From Marsupella aquatica (lineage: Eukaryota > Plantae > Marchantiophyta): 64,000 nucleotides of DNA. The notes under the pieces are model-generated. The model was given only the letters and a program-made list of their open reading frames with translations. It was not told where the DNA came from and searched no databases. Both the position numbers and the translations under genes were made by a program. How positions within the stretch are numbered: the stretch's first letter is position 1; each line of letters begins with the position of its first letter. Shown here in pieces: positions 11,848 through 26,400 of the stretch. Where the stretch lies: contig OZ316893.1 of the NCBI GenBank assembly GCA_973895155.1, positions 16,956,645 through 17,020,644 of the forward strand, written 5' to 3'.

Positions 11848-14800
11848 ATTATGCAAAACTGCTAGCATTCTGTCATCTGATAAAAATGGGTCCATTCCAC
11901 GAAAGAATGATGTTGCCAGTGTGTGGTTGGGGGTATTCCATTTTGGGACTTTTTTGTCTAGCAGTGATGGTTTCAGACCCGTAGGAAGGTAAATGAATCC
12001 TGCATGTACTCCAAAGGATCTTTCCTTCCCCCCACGGAAAATTCCCTTGTCTCGATATCCCAACTTCATGAGGTCCTTTGCCCATTTCTCTACACCATTT
12101 ACCCAGTCAGGCTTCTCCTCTTTGTTGAACGTTGTGTCATAGAATTCTGAGATGCTAGACTCAACCATGCAATGCCTTGAAAGAGTGTTTTTGAAGTCAC
12201 CAACTTCACGTTGAACACCCGTTGCAGTCGCACTGTCCCGAGCAGAGGAGGATCCACCTTCAATTGCCCTTTTTTGCTTCTTTCTAGTACTGACCGCATC
12301 TACTGGAGCAATTGACTTCCCTTTCTCGACGGGTGTAAGTGGGTCAAATGGAGGCCTTGTATTGGCTTCAAATGCCTCTGGGGTGGCATCTATCTTTGTA
12401 TCGCCACTACCAATGGCGTTTGACTTTCTCCCTAATCAATGGAAGGCAATGTTAGATTTTGAGCGTATGGAAAACGCAAAGTATACTAACGCCCGACGCT
12501 GGCCAAACTTTCTCAAAGAGATGGAAGCAAATATATATATTTCTGGAACAAATGAGACAAATGCAATCTAACATATATTGAATGGCATAGCAGCGCCAGG
12601 AGCTAACCAAAGAACTACAAATTATACTTACATTTTTTCCCGGACCTTGTTGATTCACTTGGGACAGCAGTATCAACTTTCCCTTTCGCGCGAGGCTTCC
12701 GGCTTCGGTCAACGTGAACAACTATGGTCTCACAGTTCATTTGCAATTCTGTTGTGGACTTATCTACATTGTCCGCTAGTCCCTGCTTCATGTCAGAAAC
12801 AATATTGACTGGTATCTGGGACTTAGAGAGCTTGTGGAAAGCATCCTTTTCTCGGTGATCAAAGGGCGAGTCCCATCTGTCTGTATCTAGGTACCATGGA
12901 CAGTGGGTTCTCTCCCATTCACTTAAAGATCTCGCTGGGAAAATTCCCTCCGCGAGGTACGTAGAGTACAAATCACATAAATTGTCACCTTCTAATATTA
13001 CCGTCCACTTCTGAAAAGCGGCAAGATATGCCCAGAAGTAATCAGGTCTAGTTACTTCCATGTGGATGTAAAATTGGTAGAGGTACATTTTTGCTCGCTT
13101 CTGGTTCTTCAAAGAGTAGTCCTCTTTGTCCGGATACTTTGAAGGCCACATTGTATTAAAAAACTTACTCTTCACCGAGTCTCCGTATCTCTTGAAATCA
13201 TTAGTAACTATATCAATGAGAGCTTCAAAAGATTCACATGCCCAGGCTTGCAAGCAATTCTCGGGAATGATTTGTTGGACCTCTCTCAAAGCACACTGTA
13301 ACATCCCCATTGCAATCCCCTATACATTGTTCCACGTAATCCAGGTATGACACCACTATTTTACTGGATCATCATTGACGCTGTTCGGATGGAAGAATTG
13401 CCTTCGGAGCTCAGGATTGCAATGGGCGACAAGCAAAGTACTCCTGAGCTTGGGGTCGAGTGCGGAAACAGCAGTAAAAAGCCTGGCTTGGTCCATCGTA
13501 CACAAGACGATATCTGGTTTCTTCTCTCGCTTATTTCTCTCTGTCACAGCATACATTTCTGCGCACGTAGACAAAAAGTCCTCAAATTTTGGAATCAACA
13601 AAGGAGTGATTTTTGATGTTTTCACTGCCCACTCCTTGGTGGCCTCCTTCATCATTACGGCATGCCTTGTGGAAACCTCCTCGGCCAACCAAGGGGTACC
13701 TAGGGCCGCAGCAGACTCCATGTCAAGCTTGAATTGGTTAGAATATGATTTAATCTTATTCTCACATAGAATATAGACAAGAGCCTCTTGAGGCATCTTC
13801 TCGTGTACCAGGATCCTTTCCGCGTCTTCAGCCTGATCTGCTCAAACTTCTTATAATTCATAGGGTCGATGAGCTTACTATAGTACTCCAGGTCGTGAAT
13901 CAAAATCCTCTTGATTCAATCTGCATCAAGGATCCATGACGGTTCGACCACGGCTTGTCCAAGCCTAAAGGAAAAGAAAGCAATTAGAAAAACATTTAAG
14001 CAGCGCCGGGCGCTTGTAAAACAATTCCTCTCCAAGATATGCTAAAAAGACAAACTTATTGATTCATGGTGTGCATCGCCGCTTCAATTTCAATCAGTGA
14101 ACCCTTGTCCCCATTGAAGATAGTACAGAGCACTCGCGGGTGGTATTTCGTGTTTTCTGGATTCTCCTTAGTGACAAGCGTCCAGGAGTACAACCGATGG
14201 TTCCCGTCAAAAACTAAGAACATCTTATCCTTCAGAACGAGAAAATTGGGGTCTGTCGCACATTCTTCCTCGAACTTTTTGTTTTCGGATATCCATATTG
14301 GATCCCAAGTATCACAAATTTTCTGTGTGCAAGTGAGCGTCACACCCTTAGCGTCCGCCGGCTGAACATAAAACCTCATTCCTATTGACGAATTGTATCC
14401 CATACTACGAAAAGAGTCTTTCAACTTGTCAATGGAGGAGCTATCTTTCTGCAAAGTGCGGACGACCTCCATGTGCACCAACCGACACAACGGAATCCTA
14501 GGAGGCTCCTTGTTAAACCCTCGGAAATCCTTCCCAAAAAACATGACATGTTTTGAAATAAGGTCGGTCTCCGAGAACAAGACATCTCCGATTGCAAATG
14601 TGTCAACATTCTCCATCTTTTTTTGCGTCGGATTCGGAAATTAATTACTTGAGATGGGAACAAGCGATGCGCTTGACCTCGTCACTCAATGTGTATACAC
14701 TGAACCTGAAAATGAAGACTCAGAAGACTTGCAATAGCCACGATCACGATCCCCAACAACACTATACCCCCTCGACAAGGAGGGACTGCATCCATTGTCT

Positions 14801-17346
14801 CCCGCGATGAGTGTTGTACGAACAGTCGTACACTACAAATCTCACGATCGAGTACTGAATCTCCATACCAAATTAACAGTTGATGGAGTATTATACCCGA
14901 TTGATCAGTGGTATCTCCCTCCATGTAATCTATTTAAGAGATGTTACAATGAAATTGGGTATTACTTATCGTTAAAACAAAGCGACAATCTAAGAACTGT
15001 GACAGATATTAATGTAAAATCCGCTAAACTGTTTTCGTGAAGATCACGCTAACCGTAGTTACCGTTCAATATTACTGTTGACCAAACTACTAAAACTTGG
15101 CAATGCATTGCTAGCGCCGGGCGCTAGTCAAACTTTACCCACATTGGTCATAAAGTTTAATGTGTTCAATAGATAGCGCCTGGCGCTACCCATTCCGTGG
15201 TCTATTCACGGTTCTGTTTTTGGTCCCAGTTTATGTGAAATTTTTTGAAAATGAAGAACTTTAGGCGTACGAAGTTTAGTTTCGTTCACATTTGGTCCTT
15301 AAATATGGTGTACCAATACTAGCGCCCGACGCTAGTACATATATCCTTAATTGTGCTTAAATTTGGACGATATTGCATTTTTAGATACAAAAAAGTAGAC
15401 TTATTGGTGTCCACCGCAATGCTAGCACCCGCCGCTAGTCTGGTGTGTGACTGAATTCTAACCTTATAAATGCTGGAATTTTTGGTAGCACTAGGCGCTG
15501 CTGAAATCATGTGAATTACCTTGGCCTATATGTGTTCATTTTGACACAATAAATATCCTTGACACCCGCACTTATCGGGGCAAAAAGGACAAACTCTACA
15601 TTTATGATTTCAATGGACACAATTCTATGTCGTATTCAAACGACTTTTATAACGGTCAGTTGTCTTCACGCATTAGTATAAGCATTCCATTTGGGAGGAA
15701 TTCACTTTGTTGATTCCTTCATTTTCTCCACAATGTCTTGCTCAATTGTAATTACACGTGCTTGTACTGGAGACGTCGTCAAGATCCCCGTGCAAGTTTC
15801 TGATGCTTACAAGCAAGTTATTGAAACCTACCTTTGCGAGAGATTTGATTTGAGGATGAATGATATTGAGTCCATTGTTCCGCAGGAATCGACTAGTGGA
15901 GAACTTCAACGGGCTGCGGCATTCGATGTAGATGAGGGAGTACACTTTTGGCATATGAATGTCGGGCTTAGTTACACGCTTAATGTCAGACGTGTCGATC
16001 CGGAACCAGCAATTGGGAACATTCCTGTTGTTCTTGTTGACATATCTGACAGTGAAGATGGTGATGTTGCACCCACTCCTCCATCGTAGTACAAAGTTCC
16101 GGTTCCCGCTTTTGTTAAGGATGAGCCGGTGGCTACCTCCGGAGTTGGTCATAAAGTCTACCGGAGGAGTGCAATGGACGCCTTACTCAAGGCCACGGGA
16201 CATAGTGAACTGTCAAGATTTATCTCAGCAGGGGACTTCCAGCATGAGCAAGTTCCTTGTTTGCCAGACAAGTACAACGGAAATGTTGTATTTGAACTGC
16301 CTCCCATTGAGGGAACGCTCTCCAAGGGATCTAGACTTTGTGACATGGACCGTGCCAAAGATTGTTACATTTTGTCCCACAACTGATGAAGTGGGGCTGA
16401 GAGAACTGGGAGAACTGACGGAGCTATGAGAACTAGGGTTTGGGGTTTTTGGTGTTCCGGAGGGTGAGGCGTTCGATCTTTGTGTATTGTGTTATGTTTG
16501 TGATGATTATCGTGATAATGGCAAGGATTACTTCGGATTAAGACAACTTTGAATGGATTTGACCATCAGGATGATGGTCCACGGACAAGCTATCTAAACT
16601 TCGCTTACTCTGGCGCGCGACGGAAGCTGACGCTGTAGATTCAAGCTTTTTCCCAAGGATTCTAACATCTGAATGACGGGAATGCATCTGGGAGTAGACA
16701 AGAAGTCCGACCGTGCTCGTGCTGTGGGTTGTTTCTCTGGGTAGGGTGAAATTGCGTCACAGTCGGAGGAGCCGCGGGGCTAATCTCTCTGGCCTTTATG
16801 CTGAAAGCGCTTTCAACTTTACTGGCGTTCAAACAACGTTACGACATCTTTGATTGGGTAGTGCGGACACTGCCACTGGTGTACTGCATTGCATGCGATC
16901 ACTAGTACTGGTTTATGTTGCATATTCCCTGAGGCGCTGCTCTTGCGGCTTCTCACTTTCTGCCTCCAATTCCTGGGGTGACTCTACCATCCCTACGGCT
17001 CACTCGGTGATTCTTGCAAAATTGGCTTGCTGGTGACTCCCTAGACCTCCTTTGGGGATCTCGGTGCTGGTCTCGTGCTGGTGGACATTCTCCTTTCTGG
17101 TGACCAGGATTCCAGGTGAGATCTGTCCACATCCTGCGCTATTAATTTAGGTCTCCCTTTCACAAAGTTCATGCATTGGTGACTGGGAATCGCCTGCTTC
17201 GTCTTTGAGGTGCGTGCTCACTGTATCCCGGGTGCTGGACTGGTGCCCCCTGCCATTTACCTTTCTTCGATTTTGTCTCGATCAACTTGATATCTATGTC
17301 GATATATCGGAGGAACACTTCGGGACACGGAGGACGCGGGGCTCTC

Positions 17347-19476
17347 ATGGCGGGACCTGCCTTTCTACGCGACGGGGCTGCACAGAGGGATGCAGCACGG
17401 AGGGATGTGGAAGGAGGTGCTGGCCATTGGCATCATGTGGATTCTGGTGGCCCTCGCGAGCGCGAGTTTTCTGCTCCTAGCAGGGGTGGTTATGTCAGCA
17501 ATTTTTCAGGACAGGATGCCCGATCCAATTTGATAAGAAACCAATGTCCACTTGATAGGGAGGCAATCACTGCTCTTCCCTCTGATCAACCATTGTAGAG
17601 TTGGTTCGGTTTGAAACCTTCTGGTGATAATGTTGATGGATTCGCAAGATGGGAAGCTCATCGTGCCCTTGACACTATTTCTATGGATGTTTTGGAAGGC
17701 CGTGAGCAGCGCTCCTACAGTGAAACCTTTCAAGATGACATTGGTGAACGATCTGGTAGGGAAGACATGAATGTGGACGGAGTGTCTGAGCAGGATCGCA
17801 GTGATCGCAGCCATTGTCACTCAGCTGGGCCTGCTGGTCCTCCAACTTTGGGTGCAACGGGAGAGGGCGCGCAATCCTCAGCTGAGGCAAGGGCGGAGGA
17901 AGCTGAGGCTTGTATTCCGCTTTTAAGAAGGATCTCAGATCTCACGATACAAAATTGGCCCTCCCAGCTTCACACTACAATTACTTGGTCCCTTGAAGAG
18001 GCGGCTGAGACTGTTCGGGGGCTATTCAACTGCTCAATGATGTGTTATTTCACTGATCGTGCACCTATGCTTCCGACGTTTAAATTCTGGGTGGAGAAGA
18101 CTTTTGTTAACGAAAGGAAGTGGCCAGTAACACAAGTGAAATTCGTGGGGAAGAGCTTCTACATGGTGGCCTTCAAAAATCCTGAGCACCGGGACCTGGC
18201 TTTGGCAGAGGCACCCTGGTTTCTGGAACGGAAGTATGTTTTTACCTTCCCCTGGGACCCGTCCTTTGATATCATGAATGAGTCCTACACTCTCTTACCT
18301 GTTTGGATTGAAATCCCTTTTCGCGCACTGCTATTGGAACCCTGTCGTCGGAAGCTGGCTGCTTCTCTGGGAGATATTTTGCATTATATTCAGGGCGATG
18401 ATTTAAGCTCCTACCCCCATGATCGTGTTTGTATACTCTAGGACACTCAGCGGGAGGTCCCGCGCAGTGTTGAAGTCCAAATTCAGGCTGATCTCTCCAT
18501 CTGGCAACCAGTCATTTTCAAAAATATACCCTTCCACTGTTTTATCTGTAATCGCAAAGGCCACTTGGCCAGGGATTGTCGATCACACGAGGAGCAGGCA
18601 CAGGAGGCCCCCCTGGCCGCTCCTCCTCTTAATACTGATCAGGGTGAGGTTATCCCTGTGGAAATTGTTACTGCTGTTGACATACCTGCCCCTCTTGAGT
18701 CTGAAACCATGGCGGCTCCTTCTCCTCCCGAGGGCATCCTCGAAACTACAACTACTGCTGAGCATGATCCTGGAGGGAGCTCTTTATTTGACGCTGCACC
18801 GGTGCTGGCTATTGATTCCTGGCCAGTTGTGATTGCATCAGCGGTGGATGAATCTGCTGAATTGGGTCCCCAAAACCCTCTGGTTAACTCTGTTTCTATG
18901 GAGAACGAGGTTCCTAGGATTTTTCAAGATCTACAGGCTATGAATGACGAGCCTAAGCTTCTGTTGGCAGCACCTGAGATTACTTTGATGCCGTCTAGGG
19001 AACTTGAACCCCCTTTGGCACCTTCGCCTGCCGAAGGAACTCAACTGGTTGCTATTGGGGAGGGATCTGAGGAAATGGTGGACGACCCCTCTGGCTCTGA
19101 AATACCTTCTGATATGGAGCTATCCGAATATGAGGGATTTATATCCCGCTCTGCTCAAAAGAAAAACCGAGCTCGTAAACTGGCATGCAGATCCCCACCT
19201 GAAGAGAAAAGGAAGGATAAAGGCAAAAAGAAAGCCAAGAATCAACGATCCTTACTTTTCTCCCCTGATTCTACTGTGCAGGATGCTGAGGGCTGGGTGA
19301 CTCCAGGACGGAAGCTGACTCGGGAGCAAAATCGCTCCAGCGCTGCGCTCCCTATCCCTGTGGTGGAGGTGCAGCCTATTGTTGAACGGGATCCCCCGCC
19401 TATCCTTACGGGTGGTGCGGTGGGGGTGGTTGGTGGGAATGCTGCCCCCTCTGACCTGCTGAATATTGAGGCGTAA
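17347..19476 (+). pseudogene. LINE-1 ORF1 (DUF4283/RRM-like plus zinc knuckle)
   Basis: LPVWIEIPF and CFICNRKGHLARDC. In-frame stops at 17596 and 18439. Confidence 0.85.
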
Positions 19477-19538
19477 TTTTGTCTATTTGTTGCTTCTCCT
19501 GAAGCTGCTTTGCTGGCCCCCTGGAGAAGTGGAGCGAT

Positions 19539-22500
19539 ATGACACTCCTCAATTTTGCATCGTGGAATGTCTGCGGCTTATGTAATCCGGATAGAAAGCA
19601 TGTGGTGTTGAAATGGGCTTCTTCAATCCGACCTCCGCTCGACGCCCTGGCTTTGCAGGAAGTAAAGGCTGATGAATTTTGATTGGATAATGCATTGAAG
19701 ACCATCCTACCCGATTATCAGCATTTTTACTCGGCCCCCGTTGACGGCAGGGGAGGCACAACTATTTTACTGCACCCGTCACTTAAGGTACTGTCATCAG
19801 GTACGCTGGACCTGGGCAGAGCGGTTTGGGCCCAGCTGGAACACGCCGAGGGAACCTTTGGGCTGATCAGTGTGTACGCGCCCAACTCTCCAGGGGAACG
19901 AGCAATTCTCTGGAATGATTTGAAAAACGAATTACCTCAGGGTCGATGGGTGTTCACTGGAGATTTTAACATGACTGAGCTCCGATGTGATTCCACTGGC
20001 TTGACCCCGTTGATCTGCGGGAGGGAATTGGAATTCTGGAGGTTTCTGAAGGTTCGACTTGACCTGCAAGACGCACTCTCTATTCTTGGTCAGGTATCGG
20101 GATCCAGGTTTACCTGGCACCAGATTCGTAACGGCGTGTTGACTCAATCCCGCCTTGATAGGTTCTATTTCAGTGAGAAAGGCCAGTGGATGGAGGAACT
20201 GGTGGAACTCAAACATGATGGCACATCGGCACTATCGGACCATGACCCTGTGCTGATCTCTTTCCGCATTGCCCCCTTGCTCACGTCTGCTTCTGATCAA
20301 CGACGCACTTCTTACTTCAAAGCTAACCCTACTGTGGTGAGGAACTCTGCAAACTTGGGACTTCTGGAGGCTGCCTGGATTGGAGATGCCGCTCCCCTTG
20401 CTGAACCTCATCTGTGCTTTTCTTTGGCGTATCAGCGTCTCCGCCAATGCTACATGACGCTACAATCTTCACCACTGCCCAAGGCTGCAGAGGCTGCACT
20501 ACTGCGTGACAAACTTTGACTTCTGAAGGTAACCTTTATGGAGGACTACTCCACTGACAGTATCACAGAGTTTATGGATACTGAAGATAATGTACGTTCA
20601 AGGGAACTTGAAGATGCTCACCACTGTCGCTGGCTATCTAGGATTAAATGGCTGGGCCAAGGCGACGAACCCTCTAAGTTCTATTTCTCCACTATTAAGG
20701 CCAAACGGCTCAGAGAAAAGATGGAATATCTTGTGGTTGATGATGGCACGGAATTAAGGGAGGAGCGACTCATTGTTGGAGAGGTACAACGTTTTTGTGC
20801 GGAGCTGTACTCACCGCCATTACTGGAAGGAGAAGAATTGAGGAAGCGGAGAACAGCACACAGGACTCTGAGTAGGAACACACATTTTGCCCCTACTGCG
20901 GCTGAGGTTAGAATGCTTGAAGAGCTGCCTTCTATACGTGAATTGCACGACACTTTGTTACTTCTTCCCAGTGACAAAGCTCCTGGTATTGATGGCATGA
21001 CTGCGGAGACCTTCAGGGCTTGCTGGGAATTCATGAAGACTGACTTTCATGACATGATCTGTGATTTCTGGAGGACAGTACATCTAGCTTTCAACATCAA
21101 AGATGGGGTTATTCGTTTTATTCCTAAGAAAACTGATAAGCGAAGACTGGGGGACTGGAGAGCATTAACCATGTTAACTAGTGTACAAGCTCTTGGCTAA
21201 GCTGCTAGCCCTTCGTCTAAAAATGTTACTACCTAAGCTGATCTGTCCACAACAGACAGGCTTTATCCCTGGGCGGCACATTCTGGAAAATATCTCTCTC
21301 ACCTGGCTGGTTAAAGACTGGATTAACTTCACTAGGACCCCGGCTCTTTTCTTGAAACTGGATTTTGAGAAGGCCTTTGACAGAGTGGATCACTCTTACA
21401 TATGGGAAACTATGAACCTGTTAGGCCTCGGCTCACATTTTATTTTTCTAGTAAAGTCTCTGATCAGCAATGCCTGCTCTAAGGCTCTCGTCAATGGCAT
21501 CTAGACTGAGGATGTGAAGATGTCCAGGGGTGTGAGACAAGGCTGCCCTCTCTCACCTCTTCTCTTTGTCATATCTACATAGCCCTTGATGGATTTTCTT
21601 ACAGCGGAGATTAATGCTGGTAGATTACAGGGTTTGCAGATCTCCAGTTCTCTACACATATGTTTTAGACTTTTTGCGGATGACTTAGGGTTGTTCATCC
21701 CGGCCTCAGCGGCCGCCTTTGAGCAAGCCAGGAGTGCTCTCACTTGCTACGAAGATGCCACGGGTGCTAAATTGAACTTAAACAAGTCAGTTGTTATTCC
21801 CCTTGCTGTGGAGGTGATCCCGAGCTGGCTTCTAGCTACTGGATGTCTGATTAGTGAAAGAGGAGTGGTACAGAAATATTTGGGTGCTCCCTTTGGCTTG
21901 GATCTTACTGAAGCACAGTTGCATGACTTTTGCCTTGACCGGATTGGAGCCAGACTCTCATCTTGGTGTACCCGTTTTCTATCTTTCACTGGAAGGGTGC
22001 TGTTGATCAAACATGTTTTACTTGCCATTCCTGTATATCACATGATGTTTCTGCGATCCTCTGCTTCTCTGGCAAAGAAGCTGATTGCACTCAGTCGTGT
22101 TTTTCTTTGGGGGATTAACAAACAGGGGGGAAGCGAATTCCACTGGTGGCCTGGGCGAAGCTGGCACGACCTAAGGTGGATGGTGGCCTGGGATTGAAGG
22201 ACTTTCGTAGTCATTCTGATGCTCTACTAAGTAAATGGTTTACTGGGGCGCTTGATAGACCAGAATCGGAATGGGCCAGGATGTATGCGGAGAATCTAAA
22301 GCTAACTAAGTGGCGCAACTATAAGACGGTACGCAAGAACAACTACTCGATGAAGGATAAGGTCCTGCTCAGTACTCCTCGCTCATTTGGGAAGCTCTGT
22401 TATACTGGCCAGCTTTGGTGTGCTTGGACCTTGGTTCGGGAGTTCTAACCTGGTCCTTTGTCCTGGCACTGCGGCCATCCCCGGACACTGGGGGATTGAA

Positions 22501-23456
22501 GATGTTTTGCGCTGTCTATTGGATTTTTACACTCTCCCTGAGGCCAACATTTTGGGTGTAGTTAAGATCTGTGGAAGGCTGGGTGTCAGGAAAGTCAACG
22601 ATTTGCGGTCTGCTCTGAATAATCAGTGGATGGATATGAATGAGAAGATGCTCAGACTGAGGGGTCTACCGGAAGACGATAGGAGATTTTGTCTATCCTT
22701 TATTGCCACTCTTCACAGATCTATCTGCAGAGAAACAACTGGGGAGCAAGACTATGGAGATGGATCGATAAGGACAGTGTGCCCCTGACTAAATTTGGGC
22801 TTCCCAATCTCAGGGTGTTTGAGTTGCTAAGACCCAAGGGATCTGATTTCTGCAGGCTTAACAGGATCTGGAATGTGAACTTGCTTGAGATTGAATGGTG
22901 TAAGGTCTGGCAGGTTATATGGACTGCAGATCTATCCACTCGTGCCCGAACGTTCTTATGGCGCATCCTTGCCCAGGGTTTATTTTCTGGCTCCAAAGCT
23001 CTGAGGATTGGGAAGTCTGATGGGGTATGTACACTCTGCTCCGGTGTGGTGGAGACTATCCCGCACATTTTCTTTGATTGCCGCCATGCAGGGGCTTGCT
23101 GGCTGGCAATGCAGGGCTGGCTGAATGGGAGATTATTTAACCGGGCCCTTGGGTTGGTGCATCTCCTGTTGTCGATGCAGGGGAAGACCCCTCTGCATAC
23201 GTTACAGGTTTTCTTGATGTACCAAACTTTGTGGTCCCTGTGGCTTGCCAGGAATGGCCAGACGTTTGATCGGACCAGACACTGCGTTTTTGATCAGATT
23301 AATATCTGCACGGAGACTATTGATCACCTGTCGGCTGTGGCTGCTTCATCTTGCTCTGGCCGTAAGATTGGGCGGCTTTCCCAGGCTAGGACTATGGTGG
23401 AGGCAGAGCAACGTAGGCTACTTAGGGGTAGGGTACAGAAACTAACATCCCAATGA
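19539..23456 (+). pseudogene. LINE-1 ORF2 (APE endonuclease, reverse transcriptase, zf-RVT)
   Basis: SWNVCGL, SVYAPN, GDFN, SRLDRF, SDHDP; KAPGIDG, KLDFEKAFDRV, RQGCPLSP, LFADD; CTLC..HIFFDC. Stops and frameshifts. Confidence 0.93.
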
Positions 23457-26400
23457 CCAGTGAATCTGACAGGATCATGACGGTGAATGATCTTCACCTA
23501 ATGTAGGGACCCATTTAGATACTTCGATGCTCTGTTGTTCATATGATGATTTAATCATATGCTGATTTGGCTGAACACTATAGCATGGAGTATTAAGATT
23601 ATTGCTTAGCTCCTGAATTGGCTCGGGATTGGTCTTGTGGTGTTGTTCCCCTCTGGTATGCAAGGTGCATCTGTTGTTGTCCTTTTTGGCCTTGTGGCCC
23701 TTTTGCCTTGGGCCTGCTGGTTCCCTCATCCGTGGGGTTCACGCGGAATAAAGATGAAATTTAAAAATAAAAAAAATAAAAAATAAAAAGATTGTTACAT
23801 TTGGACCCAAATTTTTCCGACAACTGCAAACGTGCATCCAAAGAAACATTGGGAATTTGGTAAGGTTACGTGTACCGGGTTCATTGAGTGCAGGAACAAG
23901 TCCTGTGAGTACTTTCAATGAAAGAAAAGATGCAATGCAAAGGCCTGGCATGGTGCTCCTAAACTCAGTGGCCAGCACGTGGTGGGTTCGTTGATTGAAG
24001 AGGGTGGTCTGGTCTGTCACTATTGTGAGCAGATTCCTTTTTGTGTGAAGTCTTGCCCTGCTCGCTTGTTTTATATGTACCCTCAAGTCCTTCTTGATAC
24101 AGAGACCTGTAGTCACATGTCTCGGCTCGCAGTTCATATAGGTGAGCATAATCATCTGAGTAGGAAAGTTTTCTCGAGGAGCGCTGAGAAGATAGCTGAG
24201 GATTTGATAAGAAGAAATCATGAAGCCAATCCTCTAGCAAAGCCGGCTGGTATTTTGAATTTCGCAACCGGTTCGCTCGTGAAAGCTCTTTGCGAAAACG
24301 TCGACGACATAGTAGATATTGAAGAAACGGAGATTTGGAAGTCTCTCATGGTACTGTCTACTCCCCAGAAATTTGCATCGCTTTGTCGAAGCGTTCGAAT
24401 GGACCAGGCTGGTCGTGGTGAGTTAGATTTCCTAGCTCGGATGCAAAGGTCAAATAACATTTCTTTCCTCCAAAGGTACCTCCTGCCGGGTCAGGGTTGT
24501 GTAGCAGATAGGCCCCATATATTCAAAATGACAGTCAAGGGTCATGGATCTAGTGTAGATCTTCTCCGGCAGATGCAACCGGCGGAAGATTGGAAGGAGC
24601 TTGGGTGAGTTTTGATGTGATGAAGCGAGTGACAACCGACTGGTTTACTTTCAGTGCACACGTTTACGATCACAACTTTTGAGCTCTTTGTACAATCTTC
24701 ACATGCAAACTAAAAGCTGAAGACACAGAGTCCTTTGAGAAAGCGTGGAGAATTATGATTGAGGTTTGTAAGGAAAATGGGTTATAGGATGTTGTCATTC
24801 AAGGTTTTATGGCTGACAATGCTCAGGCTGGATGGATTGCCGTTCGCAATGTCTTTTTTGGAGGGCACCCAGACCCTGAACGCTCTGATGCATTTCACTT
24901 TTACCAGTCTTTCCATCGACACTCTACAGAAGGAGGTTTGGAGGGCAAGCAACCAGAACATCAGCAACTATGGGAGAAACTGCGGAATGCTCCAACGTTT
25001 GTTGCGGCGTATTGAGTTTTGAGGGAGATCGTGTTGTGGTGGCAAGCAGGAAACTGTGTCCCAAGAAAGCTGATGATGTTGCAGAGTTGGATATCTTGGT
25101 GGGTTGTTCGATGGCGTCAGTGGGGGAATTTTATTTGTGTGGTAAGTTTTCCTGATGCTTTTATTAGTCAAACCTCAGTGTGTTTATACTAGCGCCAGGC
25201 GCTGCTTTAATTTTCACTCAGAAAACCTTCAAACATTACAGAAAACAAAACTTGTACCGATAAACCTTCTTTTATTATCTCCTACTCATTGCTAGCGCTT
25301 GGCGCTGCTTATACAAAAGAAGTAAATTTTGTCTGGATGGGTTTTATTGCAGAGCAAAAGTGCAGAAGAAGGTGCGCTCATTCCAAACTGTACCGGGTCA
25401 GAGTCAAGGCATGCCTCCATGAAAGCATGGGCTACCAAAAAAATGGTGGGTCTCTTTGAAGCATGCAAAGTTGATCAAAATCGAGCTCTGTCACAAGTTG
25501 TGGGTTACAGCGCATATCGGAAGGGACTCAATAGAGGGAAGGGGCCAACTATCTGGGAATTAGCATTCCGATCCGCAGACCAATCTGGTTCACCCAAGTT
25601 ATTTGAAGAAGCAACCAACATGATTCTTTCCAACGCTGTTGATTTGGATCTGGATAGGAGCTCTCCTCTGAATGGAGATATTGTCACAAAGTTGGTTAAG
25701 AGGAAGGGACTCGCAACTGGGATTGTCTCGCCACAAGACTCCCATCGGCATGACACCATTCTCATCACTACACCAAATACTCGAGGGTTCAAACGGAAGA
25801 ATCTCAACAACACTACCTTCACTTCCTTTCCCGCAAATGTAACAGATCCCATAGTCAACCTCGACGGGAGCGACACTTCAACGAATGGAAGTGATTCCCT
25901 CACGAACACCCCTGAAGCCAGAGGAACAACAACACCATCGCAACCCCCACTCAGTGCTCTTGCTGTTCTTCAATGTTTGCCGACAGAGTCAACTCCTTTG
26001 GAAATGGACGTTCCTAGAGGGACCTGGCATTTGCGACGGACGGCCAAATATGGGGCAGGGCCTTAGTGCAATGGGACTTTGCATGGAAATTCTAAGAGGG
26101 ATGAGTGTCGAAATCGTGTCAAAAAAATTGGGTTCCATTCGACAGCAGGTGTTGTCAGCATTGTTGTCAGTGGACATCGAATTTTCAGAGGCACACCCAT
26201 TGCAGAAATGATATGGTTCTGCGCAAACAAAACATGCTACAAGAGCCACCCGCGTCGTGGTGTTGAACGCCTTCCTCCTGTTCCAGATATCTTGCCAGTT
26301 GTGAAAGGGACAAACCTGTCACCTGCCGAGGTAGAGTTCCTTGAAGCACAGGGAGTCTCGATAGTCCAAACAGCTGCGACGTCTCGAGATGCACCTATTC

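Larger units (their letters stand above)
738..14616 (-). pseudogene. Spliced ParB/Srx-like domain plus beta-class N4C/N6A DNA-methyltransferase-fold gene, split by the CACTA insertion
   Basis: ParB-like IDKLKDSFRSMGY...FLVFDGNHRL (14056-14616). Removing the CACTA and one ATT joins ...LAVLHN|GEYDPMSQ in frame. GT-AG introns at 1879-1791 and 1230-1123. SAM-binding motif I region FMQSVIELITRPRDIFIDWTVGSGSSFVAGDYSGRFVIGLE (~1480-1600). The motif IV position reads AGFIYLPTG (degenerate). Several stops and frameshifts. Confidence 0.75.
16373..23786 (+). mobile_element. Full-length L1-clade LINE (LINE-1), 7.4 kb
   Basis: 16-bp TSD AAAGATTGTTACATTT (16357-16372 and 23787-23802). A-rich tail 23763-23786. 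ORF1 and ORF2 present. Confidence 0.95.

Noticed and set aside
738-14616. Bacterial or phage contamination as the source of the ParB-MTase gene
   Set aside because: It has GT-AG introns and a plant CACTA inserted with a TSD, and it is contiguous with plant retroelements.
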